Positions 20,260 through 30,458 of a stretch of DNA of 64,000 nucleotides are shown piece after piece. Every line of letters begins with the position of its first letter. The first letter of the stretch is position 1. Origin of the DNA: an uncultured Clostridia bacterium (GTDB taxonomy: Bacteria > Bacillota > Clostridia > Christensenellales > Borkfalkiaceae). Below the pieces are notes generated by a model. It had not been told where the DNA came from and did no database searches. It saw only the letters and a program-made list of their open reading frames with translations. Position numbers and translations under genes: made by a program. The stretch is taken from positions 86,614-150,613 of the forward strand of contig CAKQSB010000005.1 in the NCBI GenBank assembly GCA_934271735.1, read 5' to 3'.

Positions 20260-21891
20260 TTACTCGAGCGAAACGATGTAATAATAAATCGGTTGACCGC
20301 CGTAGAAAAGCTCGACATCCATATCGGGATATCTCTCGGCGATTTTGGATTGCATTTCGCCCGCTTCTTCTTCGGTAACGTCGCTGCCGTAATAAAGATT
20401 TATGAGGCTGTGACCGTTATAATGAAGCTTTTCGATAAGGTCGCCCGTAACTTTGACGAGATCCTTGCCTTTCGCGAGTATCTTTTTGTTGTCGAGCGCG
20501 ATTATATCGCCCTTCGTGAGCGAGAAACCGTCCACTTTCGCGTTTCTCACGGCGTAAGTCACCATTCCCGAAGAAACGTTATCCACGGCGTGAATCATTT
20601 CGATAAAGTTCTCGTCTGCGCTTATCTCGGGATTCATAGCGAGCGCTGCGGAAATACCCTGCGGTATGCTCTTTGTGGGAACAACGTATACTTTTTTGCC
20701 CTCGACGAGCGATTTGGACTGCTCCGCGGCAAGAATTATATTTTTATTGTTGGGGAAAACGAAAATATTTTCGGCGTTGATTTTGATTATCGCGTCGGCT
20801 ATATCCTGAGCGGACGGATTCATCGTCTGACCGCCTTCTATAACTCTGTCCACATTGATATCTTTGAAAATCGCCGCGATACCCTCGCCCGAGCAAATGG
20901 AAAGCATTCCGATTTCTTTCTTTTCCGCCTCGTACTTTTTGATAAGTTCTCTGTTTTCCTCGAGCATATTCTCGATTTTAACCTTATCGATCTCGCCGAG
21001 CTGCAAAGCTTTGGAAAGCGCCTGACCGGGGTTGTTTGTGTGAACGTGAACCTTGACGAATTCAAGGTCGCCTATAACGAGTACGCAATCGCCTATCGTC
21101 ATAAGATATTCTTTAAGTCTGTCGATATCGGCAAGCGTAGTCTTCTTTTTTAAATTTATAATGAAAAACTCCGTACAATATCCGAACTCGATAGTGCCTA
21201 AATTAAGAATGTCGGCGTGCTCCATGGAGCTGTCGGCTTTAACTTCGGGTTCTTCGACGGGCGCGCCTTCGATTTCCTCGCCGACGAGACCTTTATACAT
21301 TCCTTTATATATTGTTAAAAGTCCCGTTCCGCCGGAGTCCACGACGCCTGCCTTTTTTAAAACGGGTAAAAGCGTGGGGGTTAAATTAACCGCCTCTTCG
21401 CCTTTGGCTATTATTTCCTGAAAAAGAGTTTCGAAATCTTTGGTTTTTCCGCAAATAGACGAAACGTGTTCTGAAATCATTCTGCAAACGGTGAGAATAG
21501 TTCCTTCCTTGGGTTTCGATACCGCGCTGTACGCAACGTCCGTCGCGCTTTTTAAAGCCTTCGCGAAAATTTTGGTGTCAACTTCGTTGTAGTCTTTTAA
21601 AACCGAGCATATACCTCTGAATATCTGCGAGGTAATAACGCCCGAGTTTCCTCGCGCTCCGCGGAGCGCGCCTCTCGATACGCTGTCCGCCATATCGGAT
21701 AAATTGTTGCTTTTACAACTCTTTAATTCCTTCACGGCAGATTGCATCGTAAGGCTCATATTCGTTCCCGTATCGCCGTCCGGCACGGGGAAGACGTTCA
21801 GACTGTCTATATAGTCTCTCGAAACGTCTAAAAGCTTGGACGCGGACGTCACCATTTTGGCAAACGCTGCGCCCTTTATTGTTTTTTGCAT
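20260..21891 (-). CDS. yloV: DAK2 domain fusion protein YloV.
   Basis: 543 aa. Dak2-like N-terminal domain. Conserved recG/Asp23 neighbourhood. Confidence 0.85.
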   Translation of the reverse strand: MQKTIKGAAFAKMVTSASKLLDVSRDYIDSLNVFPVPDGDTGTNMSLTMQSAVKELKSCKSNNLSDMADSVSRGALRGARGNSGVITSQIFRGICSVLKDYNEVDTKIFAKALKSATDVAYSAVSKPKEGTILTVCRMISEHVSSICGKTKDFETLFQEIIAKGEEAVNLTPTLLPVLKKAGVVDSGGTGLLTIYKGMYKGLVGEEIEGAPVEEPEVKADSSMEHADILNLGTIEFGYCTEFFIINLKKKTTLADIDRLKEYLMTIGDCVLVIGDLEFVKVHVHTNNPGQALSKALQLGEIDKVKIENMLEENRELIKKYEAEKKEIGMLSICSGEGIAAIFKDINVDRVIEGGQTMNPSAQDIADAIIKINAENIFVFPNNKNIILAAEQSKSLVEGKKVYVVPTKSIPQGISAALAMNPEISADENFIEMIHAVDNVSSGMVTYAVRNAKVDGFSLTKGDIIALDNKKILAKGKDLVKVTGDLIEKLHYNGHSLINLYYGSDVTEEEAGEMQSKIAERYPDMDVELFYGGQPIYYYIVSLE

Positions 21892-21939
21892 TTAAAAAAT
21901 TTCCTCCGAAACAAGAAAACAGAACAAAACCCCCGGTCG

Positions 21940-22290
21940 TCAGAGTTTCACGCCGAGGATATTAACGTTGACCGTGTCCACGATCATACCCGTAAACTGT
22001 TCTACTTTGTATTTAACGGCCTTTTTAAGCGAATCCGCAACCGCGGAAATCGACACGCCGAATTTTATAATTACGAATACGTCTATATAAATTCTGTCGC
22101 CGGAAGTGGAAACCTTAACGCCCATTCCTCCCGACTCTTTTTTAAGGAGTCTGGAAAAACTGTCCATCAGCGTTCTCGGGACCATCTCCACTATACCGTA
22201 ACATTCGAGCGCGGCGTGCGCCGCAACCTTTGCTATAGCTTCGTCCGATATTGAAATTTTTCCGTAAGTGTTTGACGTTGTTACCGGCAT
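21940..22290 (-). CDS. Asp23/Gls24 family envelope stress protein (YloU-like).
   Basis: 116 aa. Asp23-family sequence (SISDEAIAKVAAHAALECYGIV...). Typical partner of yloV. Confidence 0.85.
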   Translation of the reverse strand: MPVTTSNTYGKISISDEAIAKVAAHAALECYGIVEMVPRTLMDSFSRLLKKESGGMGVKVSTSGDRIYIDVFVIIKFGVSISAVADSLKKAVKYKVEQFTGMIVDTVNVNILGVKL

Positions 22291-22481
22291 AAGTCGCTCC
22301 TTTATACCGGTATTATACTATATTTTGTTTTTTTTTACAAGGGATTTTCCGTCTCATTTGCAACTTTTACGGTTTTTTTATCTTTTTTTTGATAATCGGC
22401 GTTATTTTGTTGCATTTTATTTTTTATTGTGATATAGTATCTATGCTTTAAATTTAAACAATTCTCATTTGGAGGTGCAAT

Positions 22482-22670
22482 ATGTCGAGAGTTTGCAGCG
22501 TTTGCGGAAAAGCGAAATTATCCGGCAATAAAGTAAGCCACAGTAACCGTAAGACCCCGCGTTCTTACAATGCAAACGTTCAGAAAGTTAGAGTTGTAAA
22601 CGACGGCGTCGTTACTTCTGAATATGTTTGCGCTCGTTGCCTTAAGGGTAATAAAGTTGACAGAGCGTAA
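22482..22670 (+). CDS. rpmB: 50S ribosomal protein L28.
   Basis: 62 aa. MSRVCSVCGKAKLSGNKVSHSNRKTPRSYNANVQKVRV. GGAGG RBS and a promoter-like TTGCAT-17-TATAGT upstream. Confidence 0.95.
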   Translation: MSRVCSVCGKAKLSGNKVSHSNRKTPRSYNANVQKVRVVNDGVVTSEYVCARCLKGNKVDRA

Positions 22671-22696
22671 TTAGTTTTGTAAAACTTATTTGAACT

Positions 22697-22732
22697 CGGC
22701 GGCGTCCTTTTTTAAGGACGCCGTTTTGTCGT
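22697..22732 (+). terminator. Rho-independent terminator of rpmB.
   Basis: ggcggcgtcctttttt aaggacgccg ttttg hairpin plus T-run. Confidence 0.7.
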
Positions 22733-22936
22733 TGCCTCATATATGTCGTTGCCTCGTATATTACTATGCGAATTTAATGTAGCGGGAAAGCTTGAAAAAG
22801 CGGCTTTCAAATTCGGCAGATATCGGGATCTTATCTATCTTATAAAAGCTTTATAATCGCCGCGTTTATAAAAGCGCGATAACCGTTTTATAATCGCCGC
22901 AAAGTCCCCCGCCAAAGCGATATTTTTTAAAAATAA

Positions 22937-22994
22937 AACCCGTTTATAAATCCGATTGACCGAAAAAATCGCGGTTAATCGACTTATAGGCGGG
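22937..22994. repeat. Near inverted pair: a full dispersed-motif copy (22973-22994) facing a degenerate partner that lacks the central GTCG (22937-22960), forming a hairpin downstream of metK.
   Basis: cccgtttataaatccgattgacc … ggttaatcgacttataggcggg. Confidence 0.65.
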
Positions 22995-23064
22995 TTTTTG
23001 CTTATACATAACATTAACGCGGCGGTTTGCAAAACGCAAACCGCCGCGTTAAAATTTTTTAAGT

Positions 23065-24231
23065 TTATAAATATTTCTTTAAATCGTCTACTCTGTCAAG
23101 GCGTTCCCACGGAAATTCGGGTCTGCCGAAATGTCCGTAAGCCGCGGTGGCTTTGTAAATGGGGCGTCTTAAATCGAGCGTTTTTATTATCGACGCGGGG
23201 CGAAGATCGAACTCCTTGGAAATGATATCGGCGATTTTTTCGTCCGAAAGTTTGCCCGTTCCCTTGGTGTTCACGAAAAGCGAAACGGGGCGAGCAACGC
23301 CTATCGCATAAGCGACTTCGAGCGTACATTCGTCCGAAAGTCCCGCCGCAACGACGTTTTTGCAGATATATCTCGCCATATAAGCCGCGCTTCTGTCTAC
23401 CTTCGTGGGGTCTTTACCCGAGAACGCGCCGCCGCCGTGGGGGCAACTTCCGCCGTAAGTGTCGACGATTATTTTTCTGCCCGTAAGCCCGCTGTCTCCG
23501 TGCGGTCCGCCTATCTCGAATCTCCCCGTGGGGTTAATGTAAAACTTGGTGTTTTCGTCTAAAAGATTTGCGGGTATACTCGCTTCGATAACGTATTTTT
23601 TAATATCTCTTCTGAGTTCTTCGGTGGAAATTTTCTCGCTGTGCTGCGTGGAAACGACAACCGCCTCTACTCTTTTTACCTTGCCGTTTTCGTATTCTAC
23701 GGTAACCTGACTTTTTCCGTCCGGGCGAAGATACGGGAGCAACCCCGATTTTCTGACTTCCGCGAGCTTTCTCGTGAGCTTGTGCGCGAGCGTTAAAGCC
23801 GCGGGCATATATTCCTCGGTTTCGTTGGTCGCATAGCCGAACATCATACCCTGATCTCCCGCTCCGAATCTGTCGGCTTCGTCGCCGCCTTGGCGATGTT
23901 CGAGAGAGTTATCCACGCCGAGAGCGATATCCGCGCTCTGCTCGTGAATGGCGGTTAAAACGGCGCAGGTGTCGCAATCGAAACCGTATTTCGCTCTGTC
24001 GTAACCGATTTCGCGGATCGTATCTCTCGCAAGCTGCTGAATATCCACATAGCAATGCGTGGAAATTTCACCCATAACAAGTACGAGACCCGTGGTTACG
24101 GAAGTTTCGCAGGCCACTCTCGCCATAGGGTCTTTCGCAATAATCGCGTCTAAAACCGCGTCCGAAATCTGGTCGCAGATTTTGTCGGGATGCCCTTCGG
24201 TAACGCTTTCGCTGGTGAAAAATTTGTTCAT
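23065..24231 (-). CDS. metK: S-adenosylmethionine synthetase.
   Basis: 388 aa. GHPDK, GAGDQG and the full MAT signature. Confidence 0.95.
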   Translation of the reverse strand: MNKFFTSESVTEGHPDKICDQISDAVLDAIIAKDPMARVACETSVTTGLVLVMGEISTHCYVDIQQLARDTIREIGYDRAKYGFDCDTCAVLTAIHEQSADIALGVDNSLEHRQGGDEADRFGAGDQGMMFGYATNETEEYMPAALTLAHKLTRKLAEVRKSGLLPYLRPDGKSQVTVEYENGKVKRVEAVVVSTQHSEKISTEELRRDIKKYVIEASIPANLLDENTKFYINPTGRFEIGGPHGDSGLTGRKIIVDTYGGSCPHGGGAFSGKDPTKVDRSAAYMARYICKNVVAAGLSDECTLEVAYAIGVARPVSLFVNTKGTGKLSDEKIADIISKEFDLRPASIIKTLDLRRPIYKATAAYGHFGRPEFPWERLDRVDDLKKYL

Positions 24232-24282
24232 AGTAAAAAACCTCTTTCAATGTATTTGTGGTCATTGACTGTGGTCGGAAAT

Positions 24283-24333
24283 ACTATATCACCTTTTAAA
24301 TCGTTTGTCAAATTTAATCGTATATGTTACAAT
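24283..24333. promoter_or_regulatory. Divergent overlapping sigma-A-like promoters sharing a palindromic -35 (TTTGTCAAA). Minus strand drives metK (TTGACA-17-TATAGT), plus strand drives the radical SAM gene (TTGTCA-17-TACAAT).
   Basis: Hexamers and 17 bp spacers read directly. The metK leader is only about 45 nt. Confidence 0.4.
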
Positions 24334-24381
24334 ATTTCAAGAAAAACTCACGGTAGCAAGCTTTAAAAAAACGGTAAAAAA

Positions 24382-25266
24382 ATGAACGGATTCGACGAAA
24401 AAACAAAATACTGCGGCTTATGCCCGAAAGACTGCCGCGTAACCAGGCACGAAACTTACGGCGCGTGCGGCGAAAAAAACGTTATGCGTATCGCGAAATT
24501 TTATCCGCATATGTTCGAAGAACCGCCGATAAGCGGCAAAAACGGCTCCGGAACGATTTTCTTCACGGGGTGTTCTCTGCGCTGTGTTTTCTGCCAGAAT
24601 TACTCTCTTTCCCGCTCGGAAAGGGGAAAAGAAATCACGCCCAAAGAGCTTGCGGACATTTTCAAAAAGCTCGAGAACGCAGGCGTTCACAACATAAATC
24701 TCGTTACGCCCACACATTTCGTTCCCGAAATTGCCGAGGCTTTTTCGATTTACCGCCCGAAAATTCCCGTGGTTTACAACACTCATTCTTACGAAACGAT
24801 AAAAGCGCTCGAAATTATCGATCCGTTCGTTGATATCTATCTTCCCGACCTGAAATTTTTCTCGCCCGAGCTTTCCTTGCGTTACACCGGCAGAGAAGAC
24901 TATTTCGAAGCCGCTTCGAACGCGATAAAATTTATGATGAGTTCCAAAAAAGCGAATTTTTCGGAAGACGGTATGATGAAAAGCGGGGTTATCGTGAGAC
25001 ATATGATTATGCCGCTCGGCGTGTCCGACAGCAAGAAAATCCTCAGATGGTTTGCGGAAAACAGGCGTGGCGGCGCGTATATTTCCTTAATGGCACAATA
25101 TACCCCTTTCGGAAACGTCGACAAATACCCCGAACTGAAACGCCCCATAACCGCGGGCGAATACGAACGGGTTTACGAAGAACTTTTAAACCTCGGAATA
25201 ACCGATTATTTCGCACAGGAACTCCGTTCTTCGAGCGAAAGTTTTATCCCCGACTGGGATTTTTAA
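24382..25266 (+). CDS. Radical SAM protein (glycyl-radical activase / AmmeMemoRadiSam-like family).
   Basis: 294 aa. GCSLRCVFCQN (CxxxCxxC with FCQN), plus an N-terminal extra Cys cluster. Confidence 0.7.
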   Translation: MNGFDEKTKYCGLCPKDCRVTRHETYGACGEKNVMRIAKFYPHMFEEPPISGKNGSGTIFFTGCSLRCVFCQNYSLSRSERGKEITPKELADIFKKLENAGVHNINLVTPTHFVPEIAEAFSIYRPKIPVVYNTHSYETIKALEIIDPFVDIYLPDLKFFSPELSLRYTGREDYFEAASNAIKFMMSSKKANFSEDGMMKSGVIVRHMIMPLGVSDSKKILRWFAENRRGGAYISLMAQYTPFGNVDKYPELKRPITAGEYERVYEELLNLGITDYFAQELRSSSESFIPDWDF

Positions 25267-25372
25267 CCGTTCGAAAAATTTCACCCCGCAAAACGGAAAA
25301 TTTTGTTATTTTACTTGAAATTTGACTTAAAAAAGGGTACAATATCAATATATACTTTTTTCAGGAAAACTT

Positions 25373-26296
25373 ATGAATATTTTATACTTGAAATACGCCG
25401 TAGCCGTGGCGAAAGCAGGCTCGCTCAATAAAGCCGCCGAGGAGCTTTTTATCGCTCAGCCGAACTTGTCGAGAGCCGTTAAAGAACTCGAAAAAGAACT
25501 CGGGATAGTAATTTTCGACAGAAACTCCAAGGGAATTACGCTGACTATGGACGGAGAACGGCTGATTTCTTACGGGAAAAGCCTCCTTCGCCAGATCGAC
25601 GAGATAGAAACGGAATTCAGAGAAAAAAAACACAAAACGGTTTTTTCCGTTTCCGCGCCGAGGGCGAGCTACATTTCGAGCGCGTTCGCGGAGTTCACGA
25701 AAGGGCTTTTGGAAAAGGAACGCTGCGACGCGTACTATAAGGAAACCAACAATCTCCGCGCGATAACCAACATTCTCGAAAAAGATTATAACCTCGGAAT
25801 CGTGAGATACGCTTCGGGTTACGACAAATATTTCAAACAGACGCTTGAAGAGAAAAACTTAAAACACGAGCTTATCGCGGAATTCGAGTTCTCTCTTTTA
25901 ATGAACAAAAACTGTCCGCTCGCTCAAAAAGACGAAATACGTTTTTCCGACCTTAAAGACTATATCCAGATAGCTCACGCAGATCCGTACGTTCCGTCCG
26001 TTTCTCTTTCCGAAATCAAAAAGGAAGAACTCCCCGACGACGTGGACAAACGCATTTTCGTTTTCGAAAGAGCCAGCCAGTTCGACGTTCTCGCCGAAAA
26101 TAAAGACACTTACGCCTGGGTTTCGCCCGTTCCCGAAGCCGCTCTGAAACGTTACGACTTAGTAATGAAAAAATGCGCCGATAACAACAAAGTTTATAAA
26201 GACGTGCTTATTTACAAAAAAGATTACGCTCTTTCGGGAATAGACAAAGAATTTATCACCGAGCTTTGCAACGCAAAGAGAAAATATTTCGGTTAG
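25373..26296 (+). CDS. LysR-family transcriptional regulator.
   Basis: 307 aa. N-terminal LysR HTH (LNKAAEELFIAQPNLSRAVKELE) and substrate-binding domain. Confidence 0.85.
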   Translation: MNILYLKYAVAVAKAGSLNKAAEELFIAQPNLSRAVKELEKELGIVIFDRNSKGITLTMDGERLISYGKSLLRQIDEIETEFREKKHKTVFSVSAPRASYISSAFAEFTKGLLEKERCDAYYKETNNLRAITNILEKDYNLGIVRYASGYDKYFKQTLEEKNLKHELIAEFEFSLLMNKNCPLAQKDEIRFSDLKDYIQIAHADPYVPSVSLSEIKKEELPDDVDKRIFVFERASQFDVLAENKDTYAWVSPVPEAALKRYDLVMKKCADNNKVYKDVLIYKKDYALSGIDKEFITELCNAKRKYFG

Positions 26297-26297
26297 C

Positions 26298-26569
26298 CAT
26301 AGGTGATTGCGTTCAAACCAGGTCTTGCGTTGTGTTTTTGACTAATACATCGTTGCGTTCGCGTGTTATACGCAGAGTATTAACGCGCTCACGCGCCTTG
26401 TCTTAGCCTAAAAACGCAAGGCAAGACTTGTCGGCAACCAAAACGTCGTTATTTTCGATGAATTTTGGCGAAGGCGAACGCAGATGTACTTACCGTACTT
26501 CAAGCGAGAATTTGACAAAAGGCGCGGAAATAACGGCGTTTTGGCGGGTTCTAACACAATCACCTGTGG
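26298..26569. mobile_element. MITE-like element of about 270 bp, bounded by ~23 bp imperfect terminal inverted repeats and with internal nested hairpins.
   Basis: ccataggtgattgcgttcaaacc (26298-26320) matches the reverse complement of ggttctaacacaatcacctgtgg (26547-26569) at 19 of 23 positions. Internal stem ggtcttgcgttgtgtttttg / taaaaacgcaaggcaagac. Confidence 0.35.
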
Positions 26570-26641
26570 CTAAAATCTCTGCCGATATATTTTTTAAATT
26601 CGATATATCTTTTTTCATATATCGGTATAAAAATTAAGTAT

Positions 26642-26670
26642 TTTACATAACCGATTTTAATTGATATAAT
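26642..26670 (+). promoter_or_regulatory. Candidate adhE promoter: TTTACA-17-TATAAT with a TG-extended -10.
   Basis: ttttacataaccgattttaattgatataat. Would give a 5'UTR of about 350 nt. Confidence 0.45.
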
Positions 26671-26699
26671 AGTATCGATAAAAATGTAGCTATTTAAAA

Positions 26700-26960
26700 C
26701 CCCAGCAAAACTCGCCTTGAAGCCGTCTTTTCTATGCTTTACGGCAAATTCGCCCTCGTAGTATTTGTTTACAACGTCGGTTGCCTTCGCCATAAATCAT
26801 TAGAAAATACGGCTTCAAGGTTGCCCTATATATTAAGTTATCGATACCGCAAATTTTCAGGCGTAGCTTGCGTTTAAGGCAAGGCGTTTTCGCGGGTTAG
26901 TATACAAATACAAGCCGCGAAAAGAACGATGAATTAAGCGTAAGATACGCCTGAAAATCG
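26700..26960 (+). promoter_or_regulatory. Long structured adhE 5' leader with nested long-range inverted repeats.
   Basis: cgccttgaagccgtc (26716) pairs with acggcttcaaggttg (26803). ttttcaggcgta (26857) pairs with tacgcctgaaaa (26948), with an inner ttttcgcgg / ccgcgaaaag pair. Confidence 0.35.
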
Positions 26961-27033
26961 AATTTTGTTGAGGTTTTAAATAGCTAACGATTGTTTTTCC
27001 GAGAAAAACTCTGAAAAAGACAAGGAGGCTGAA

Positions 27034-29706
27034 ATGGAATTCGATTACAAAATAACCGACAGCGTGGAAACGCTCGAACAAACTGTCGCGAGAGTGAAAA
27101 AAGCTCAGGAAGAATACTCTTCTTTTACGCAGGAACAAGTAGACAAAATCTTTTTCGCGGCGGCAATAGCCGCAAACAAGGCGCGTATTCCGCTCGCAAA
27201 AATAGCGGTAAGCGAAACGGGAATGGGCGTTATCGAAGACAAGGTGATAAAAAACCATTACGCTTCCGAATATATTTACAACGCTTACAGAGACGTTAAA
27301 ACGTGCGGCGTTATAGAGGAAGACAAAGCTTACGGCATAAAGAAAATCGCCGAGCCGATAGGGCTTATCGCGGCGGTTATCCCCACCACCAACCCGACTT
27401 CGACGGCTATTTTCAAAACTCTTCTCGCTTTGAAAACAAGAAACGGAATTATCATAAGCCCGCATCCCAGAGCCAAAAACTCCACTATCGCGGCGGCTAA
27501 AACCGTTCTGGAAGCGGCAATTTCCGCGGGCGCGCCGAAAGATATAATCGGCTGGATAGACGTTCCGTCGCTCGAAATGACAAACCTTCTGATGAAAGAA
27601 GCAGACATTATCCTCGCAACCGGGGGCCCCGGAATGGTCAAAGCCGCATATTCGAGCGGAAAACCCGCCCTCGGCGTAGGCGCGGGCAACACCCCGGCGA
27701 TTATAGACGATTCCGCGGACATAACGCTCGCGGTAAACTCGATTATCCACTCCAAAACATTCGACAACGGTATGATCTGCGCTTCCGAGCAGTCCGTTAT
27801 CGTTCTCGATAAGGTTTACGATAAAGTAAAAGCCGAATTTGCGGCGCGCGGCTGCTATTTCTTAAACGAAAGCGAAACAGAAATGGTAAGAAAAACGATA
27901 ATCATAAACGGCGCGCTCAACGCTAAAATCGTGGGACAGAAAGCCGCGACAATCGCAAAACTTGCGAACGTGAACGTTCCCGAGGGGACGAAAATTCTTA
28001 TAGGCGAAGTGGAAAGCGTTGAACTTTCCGAAGAATTCGCCCACGAAAAACTCTCCCCCGTTCTTGCGATGTACCGCGCAAAAGACATCGAAGACGCGTT
28101 TTTAAAAGCCGAAAGGCTTATCGCGGACGGCGGATTCGGACATACTTCGTCAATTTATCTCGACGTTGCCTCGCAACAAGCCAAGATAGACGAGTTCGCC
28201 GAGAGAATGAAAACCTGCAGAATACTCGTGAACACCCCCTCTTCTCAGGGCGGTATCGGAGACTTATACAACTTTAAACTCACCCCCTCTTTAACGCTCG
28301 GCTGTGGAAGCTGGGGCGGAAACAGCATTTCGGAAAACGTAGGCGTTAAGCACCTTCTTAATATCAAAACCGTTGCGGAAAGGAGAGAAAATATGTTGTG
28401 GTTTAAAGCTCCCGAAAAAATTTACATCAAAAAAGGCTGTCTGCCCGTCGCTCTTTCCGAGCTTAAAACAATGGGCAAAAAGCGTTGTTTCGTGGTTACG
28501 GACAGTTTCCTTTATCATAACGGTTACACCCGCCCGATAACCGACAGACTCGACGAAATGGGAATTTCCCACGCTACGTTTTTCGACGTTGCGCCCGACC
28601 CTACTCTCGCCTGCGCGAAAGAGGGAACGAAACAGATGACGGACTTCAAACCCGACTGCATAATCGCGCTCGGCGGCGGTTCGGCTATGGACGCGGCGAA
28701 GATTATGTGGGTTATGTACGAACACCCCGAAGTGGATTTCCTCGATATGGCGATGAGATTTATGGACATCAGAAAGAGGGTTTACACTTTCCCGAAAATG
28801 GGTGAAAAAGCTTATTTCATAGCTATCCCCACTTCTGCGGGAACGGGCTCGGAAGTTACGCCGTTCGCGGTTATAACCGACGAATCGACGGGCGTCAAAT
28901 ACCCGCTCGCGGACTACGAATTGCTTCCGAAAATGGCTATAATCGACACCGATTTTCATATGAGCGCACCCAAAGGGCTTACCGCGGCTTCGGGAATAGA
29001 CGCAGTTTCGCACGCCTTGGAGGCTTACGCTTCCATGATGGCTACCGATTATACCGACGGACTTGCGATAAAAGCTTTGCAGACTATTTTCGAATATCTT
29101 CCGAGAGCTTACGAAAACGGACAAACCGACGTTATCGCCCGCGAAAAAATGGCTAACGCAGCGACTATGGCGGGTATGGCTTTCGCGAACGCGTTCTTGG
29201 GAGTTTGCCACTCTATGGCGCACAAACTCGGAGCTTTTCACCACATTCCGCACGGCGTTGCGAACGCGCTTATGCTCGACGAAGTTATTCGCTTCAACTC
29301 CGCCGACGTACCCGCGAAAATGGGAACGTTCCCGCAGTACGACCACCCGCATACGCTCGGCAGATACGCTGAAGTTGCGGACGCGCTTAAGATAAAAGGC
29401 AAAACGGACGAAGAAAAGGTGGAAAATCTTATAAAGGCTCTGGACGAACTCAAAGCGACCGTCGGCATAAAACCGACCATAAGAGATTACGTACCCGACG
29501 AACAGGCGTTCCTCTCCTCTTTGGACGAGATGACGGAGCAGGCGTTCGACGATCAATGCACCGGCGCGAACCCGAGATATCCGCTTATGAGCGAGATAAA
29601 ACAAATGTATTTAGACGCGTATTACGGCAAAAAATTTGTCGAAGCGAAAACGCCCGGGGGCGCGAACTTAAAGCCGAAGACGAAAAAGGTTAAGGAGGAA
29701 AAGTGA
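27034..29706 (+). CDS. adhE: Bifunctional acetaldehyde-CoA / alcohol dehydrogenase.
   Basis: 890 aa. N-terminal ALDH domain and C-terminal Fe-ADH domain. RBS aaggaggctgaa ATG. Confidence 0.95.
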   Translation: MEFDYKITDSVETLEQTVARVKKAQEEYSSFTQEQVDKIFFAAAIAANKARIPLAKIAVSETGMGVIEDKVIKNHYASEYIYNAYRDVKTCGVIEEDKAYGIKKIAEPIGLIAAVIPTTNPTSTAIFKTLLALKTRNGIIISPHPRAKNSTIAAAKTVLEAAISAGAPKDIIGWIDVPSLEMTNLLMKEADIILATGGPGMVKAAYSSGKPALGVGAGNTPAIIDDSADITLAVNSIIHSKTFDNGMICASEQSVIVLDKVYDKVKAEFAARGCYFLNESETEMVRKTIIINGALNAKIVGQKAATIAKLANVNVPEGTKILIGEVESVELSEEFAHEKLSPVLAMYRAKDIEDAFLKAERLIADGGFGHTSSIYLDVASQQAKIDEFAERMKTCRILVNTPSSQGGIGDLYNFKLTPSLTLGCGSWGGNSISENVGVKHLLNIKTVAERRENMLWFKAPEKIYIKKGCLPVALSELKTMGKKRCFVVTDSFLYHNGYTRPITDRLDEMGISHATFFDVAPDPTLACAKEGTKQMTDFKPDCIIALGGGSAMDAAKIMWVMYEHPEVDFLDMAMRFMDIRKRVYTFPKMGEKAYFIAIPTSAGTGSEVTPFAVITDESTGVKYPLADYELLPKMAIIDTDFHMSAPKGLTAASGIDAVSHALEAYASMMATDYTDGLAIKALQTIFEYLPRAYENGQTDVIAREKMANAATMAGMAFANAFLGVCHSMAHKLGAFHHIPHGVANALMLDEVIRFNSADVPAKMGTFPQYDHPHTLGRYAEVADALKIKGKTDEEKVENLIKALDELKATVGIKPTIRDYVPDEQAFLSSLDEMTEQAFDDQCTGANPRYPLMSEIKQMYLDAYYGKKFVEAKTPGGANLKPKTKKVKEEK

Positions 29707-30455
29707 TGGATCTTGACAGAGTTATAGCCGTCCGAAACAACAAGACAGTTTACCGCGACGGCGAGGACTGCGTAAAGGTTTTCGAAAGCGTTTACGAAAA
29801 GGACGACGTTTTATCGGAAGCTTTAAATCAGGCGCGCGTGGAAAAAACAGGGCTTAACATACCGAAAATCAAAGCCGTTACGATGATAGACGGCAAATGG
29901 GCGATAATTTCCGACTATATCAAAGGAAAAACGCTCGACAGGCTGATAAAGGAAAACCCCGGAAAGAAAAAGGAATATATCGAAAGGCTTGTCGACCTTC
30001 AGATCGAAGTTCAGTCGAAAACCTGTCCCAAGCTTAATAAACTTAAGGACAAAATGAACGCTAAAATTTCTGAGGCCGAGCTTGACGAATCGGTTAAATA
30101 CGAATTGCACACAAGGCTTGAAAGTATGCCGAAACACGTAAAACTCTGCCACGGAGATTTTAACCCGTCGAACATTATCGTCGGCGACGACGGAAAGGAT
30201 TATATTCTGGACTGGTCTCACGCGACGATAGGAAACGCCTCGGCGGACGTTGCGAGAACTTACCTTTTGTTCTGGCTTGCGGGAGACATAAGCGGCGCGG
30301 ACTATTATCTCGACGCTTTCTGTTTAAAAAGCGGCACGAAAAAGGAATACGTTCAGAAATGGATGCCGATCGTCGCGGCTTCGCAATCGGTTAAAGGCAA
30401 CAAGGAACAACGCGAATTTTTGCTTTCGTGGGTCAACGTCGTGGACTATCAATAA
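29703..30455 (+). CDS. Phosphotransferase-family (APH / CotS / choline-kinase-like) kinase-fold protein, translationally coupled to adhE.
   Basis: 250 aa. HGDFNPSNIIV catalytic loop and ILDWSHA (DFG-equivalent). The start (GTG at 29703 or ATG at 29706) overlaps the adhE TGA stop. Confidence 0.7.
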   Translation: MMDLDRVIAVRNNKTVYRDGEDCVKVFESVYEKDDVLSEALNQARVEKTGLNIPKIKAVTMIDGKWAIISDYIKGKTLDRLIKENPGKKKEYIERLVDLQIEVQSKTCPKLNKLKDKMNAKISEAELDESVKYELHTRLESMPKHVKLCHGDFNPSNIIVGDDGKDYILDWSHATIGNASADVARTYLLFWLAGDISGADYYLDAFCLKSGTKKEYVQKWMPIVAASQSVKGNKEQREFLLSWVNVVDYQ

Positions 30456-30458
30456 GCC

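Noticed and set aside
24232-24381. SAM-I riboswitch upstream of metK.
   Set aside because: The leader is only about 45 nt after a good promoter, with no S-box conserved elements.
26560-26793. 77 aa ORF (MAKATDVVNKYYEGE…) inside the adhE leader on the minus strand.
   Set aside because: No RBS. It overlaps the long inverted repeats of the leader, so it is more likely a structural RNA region.
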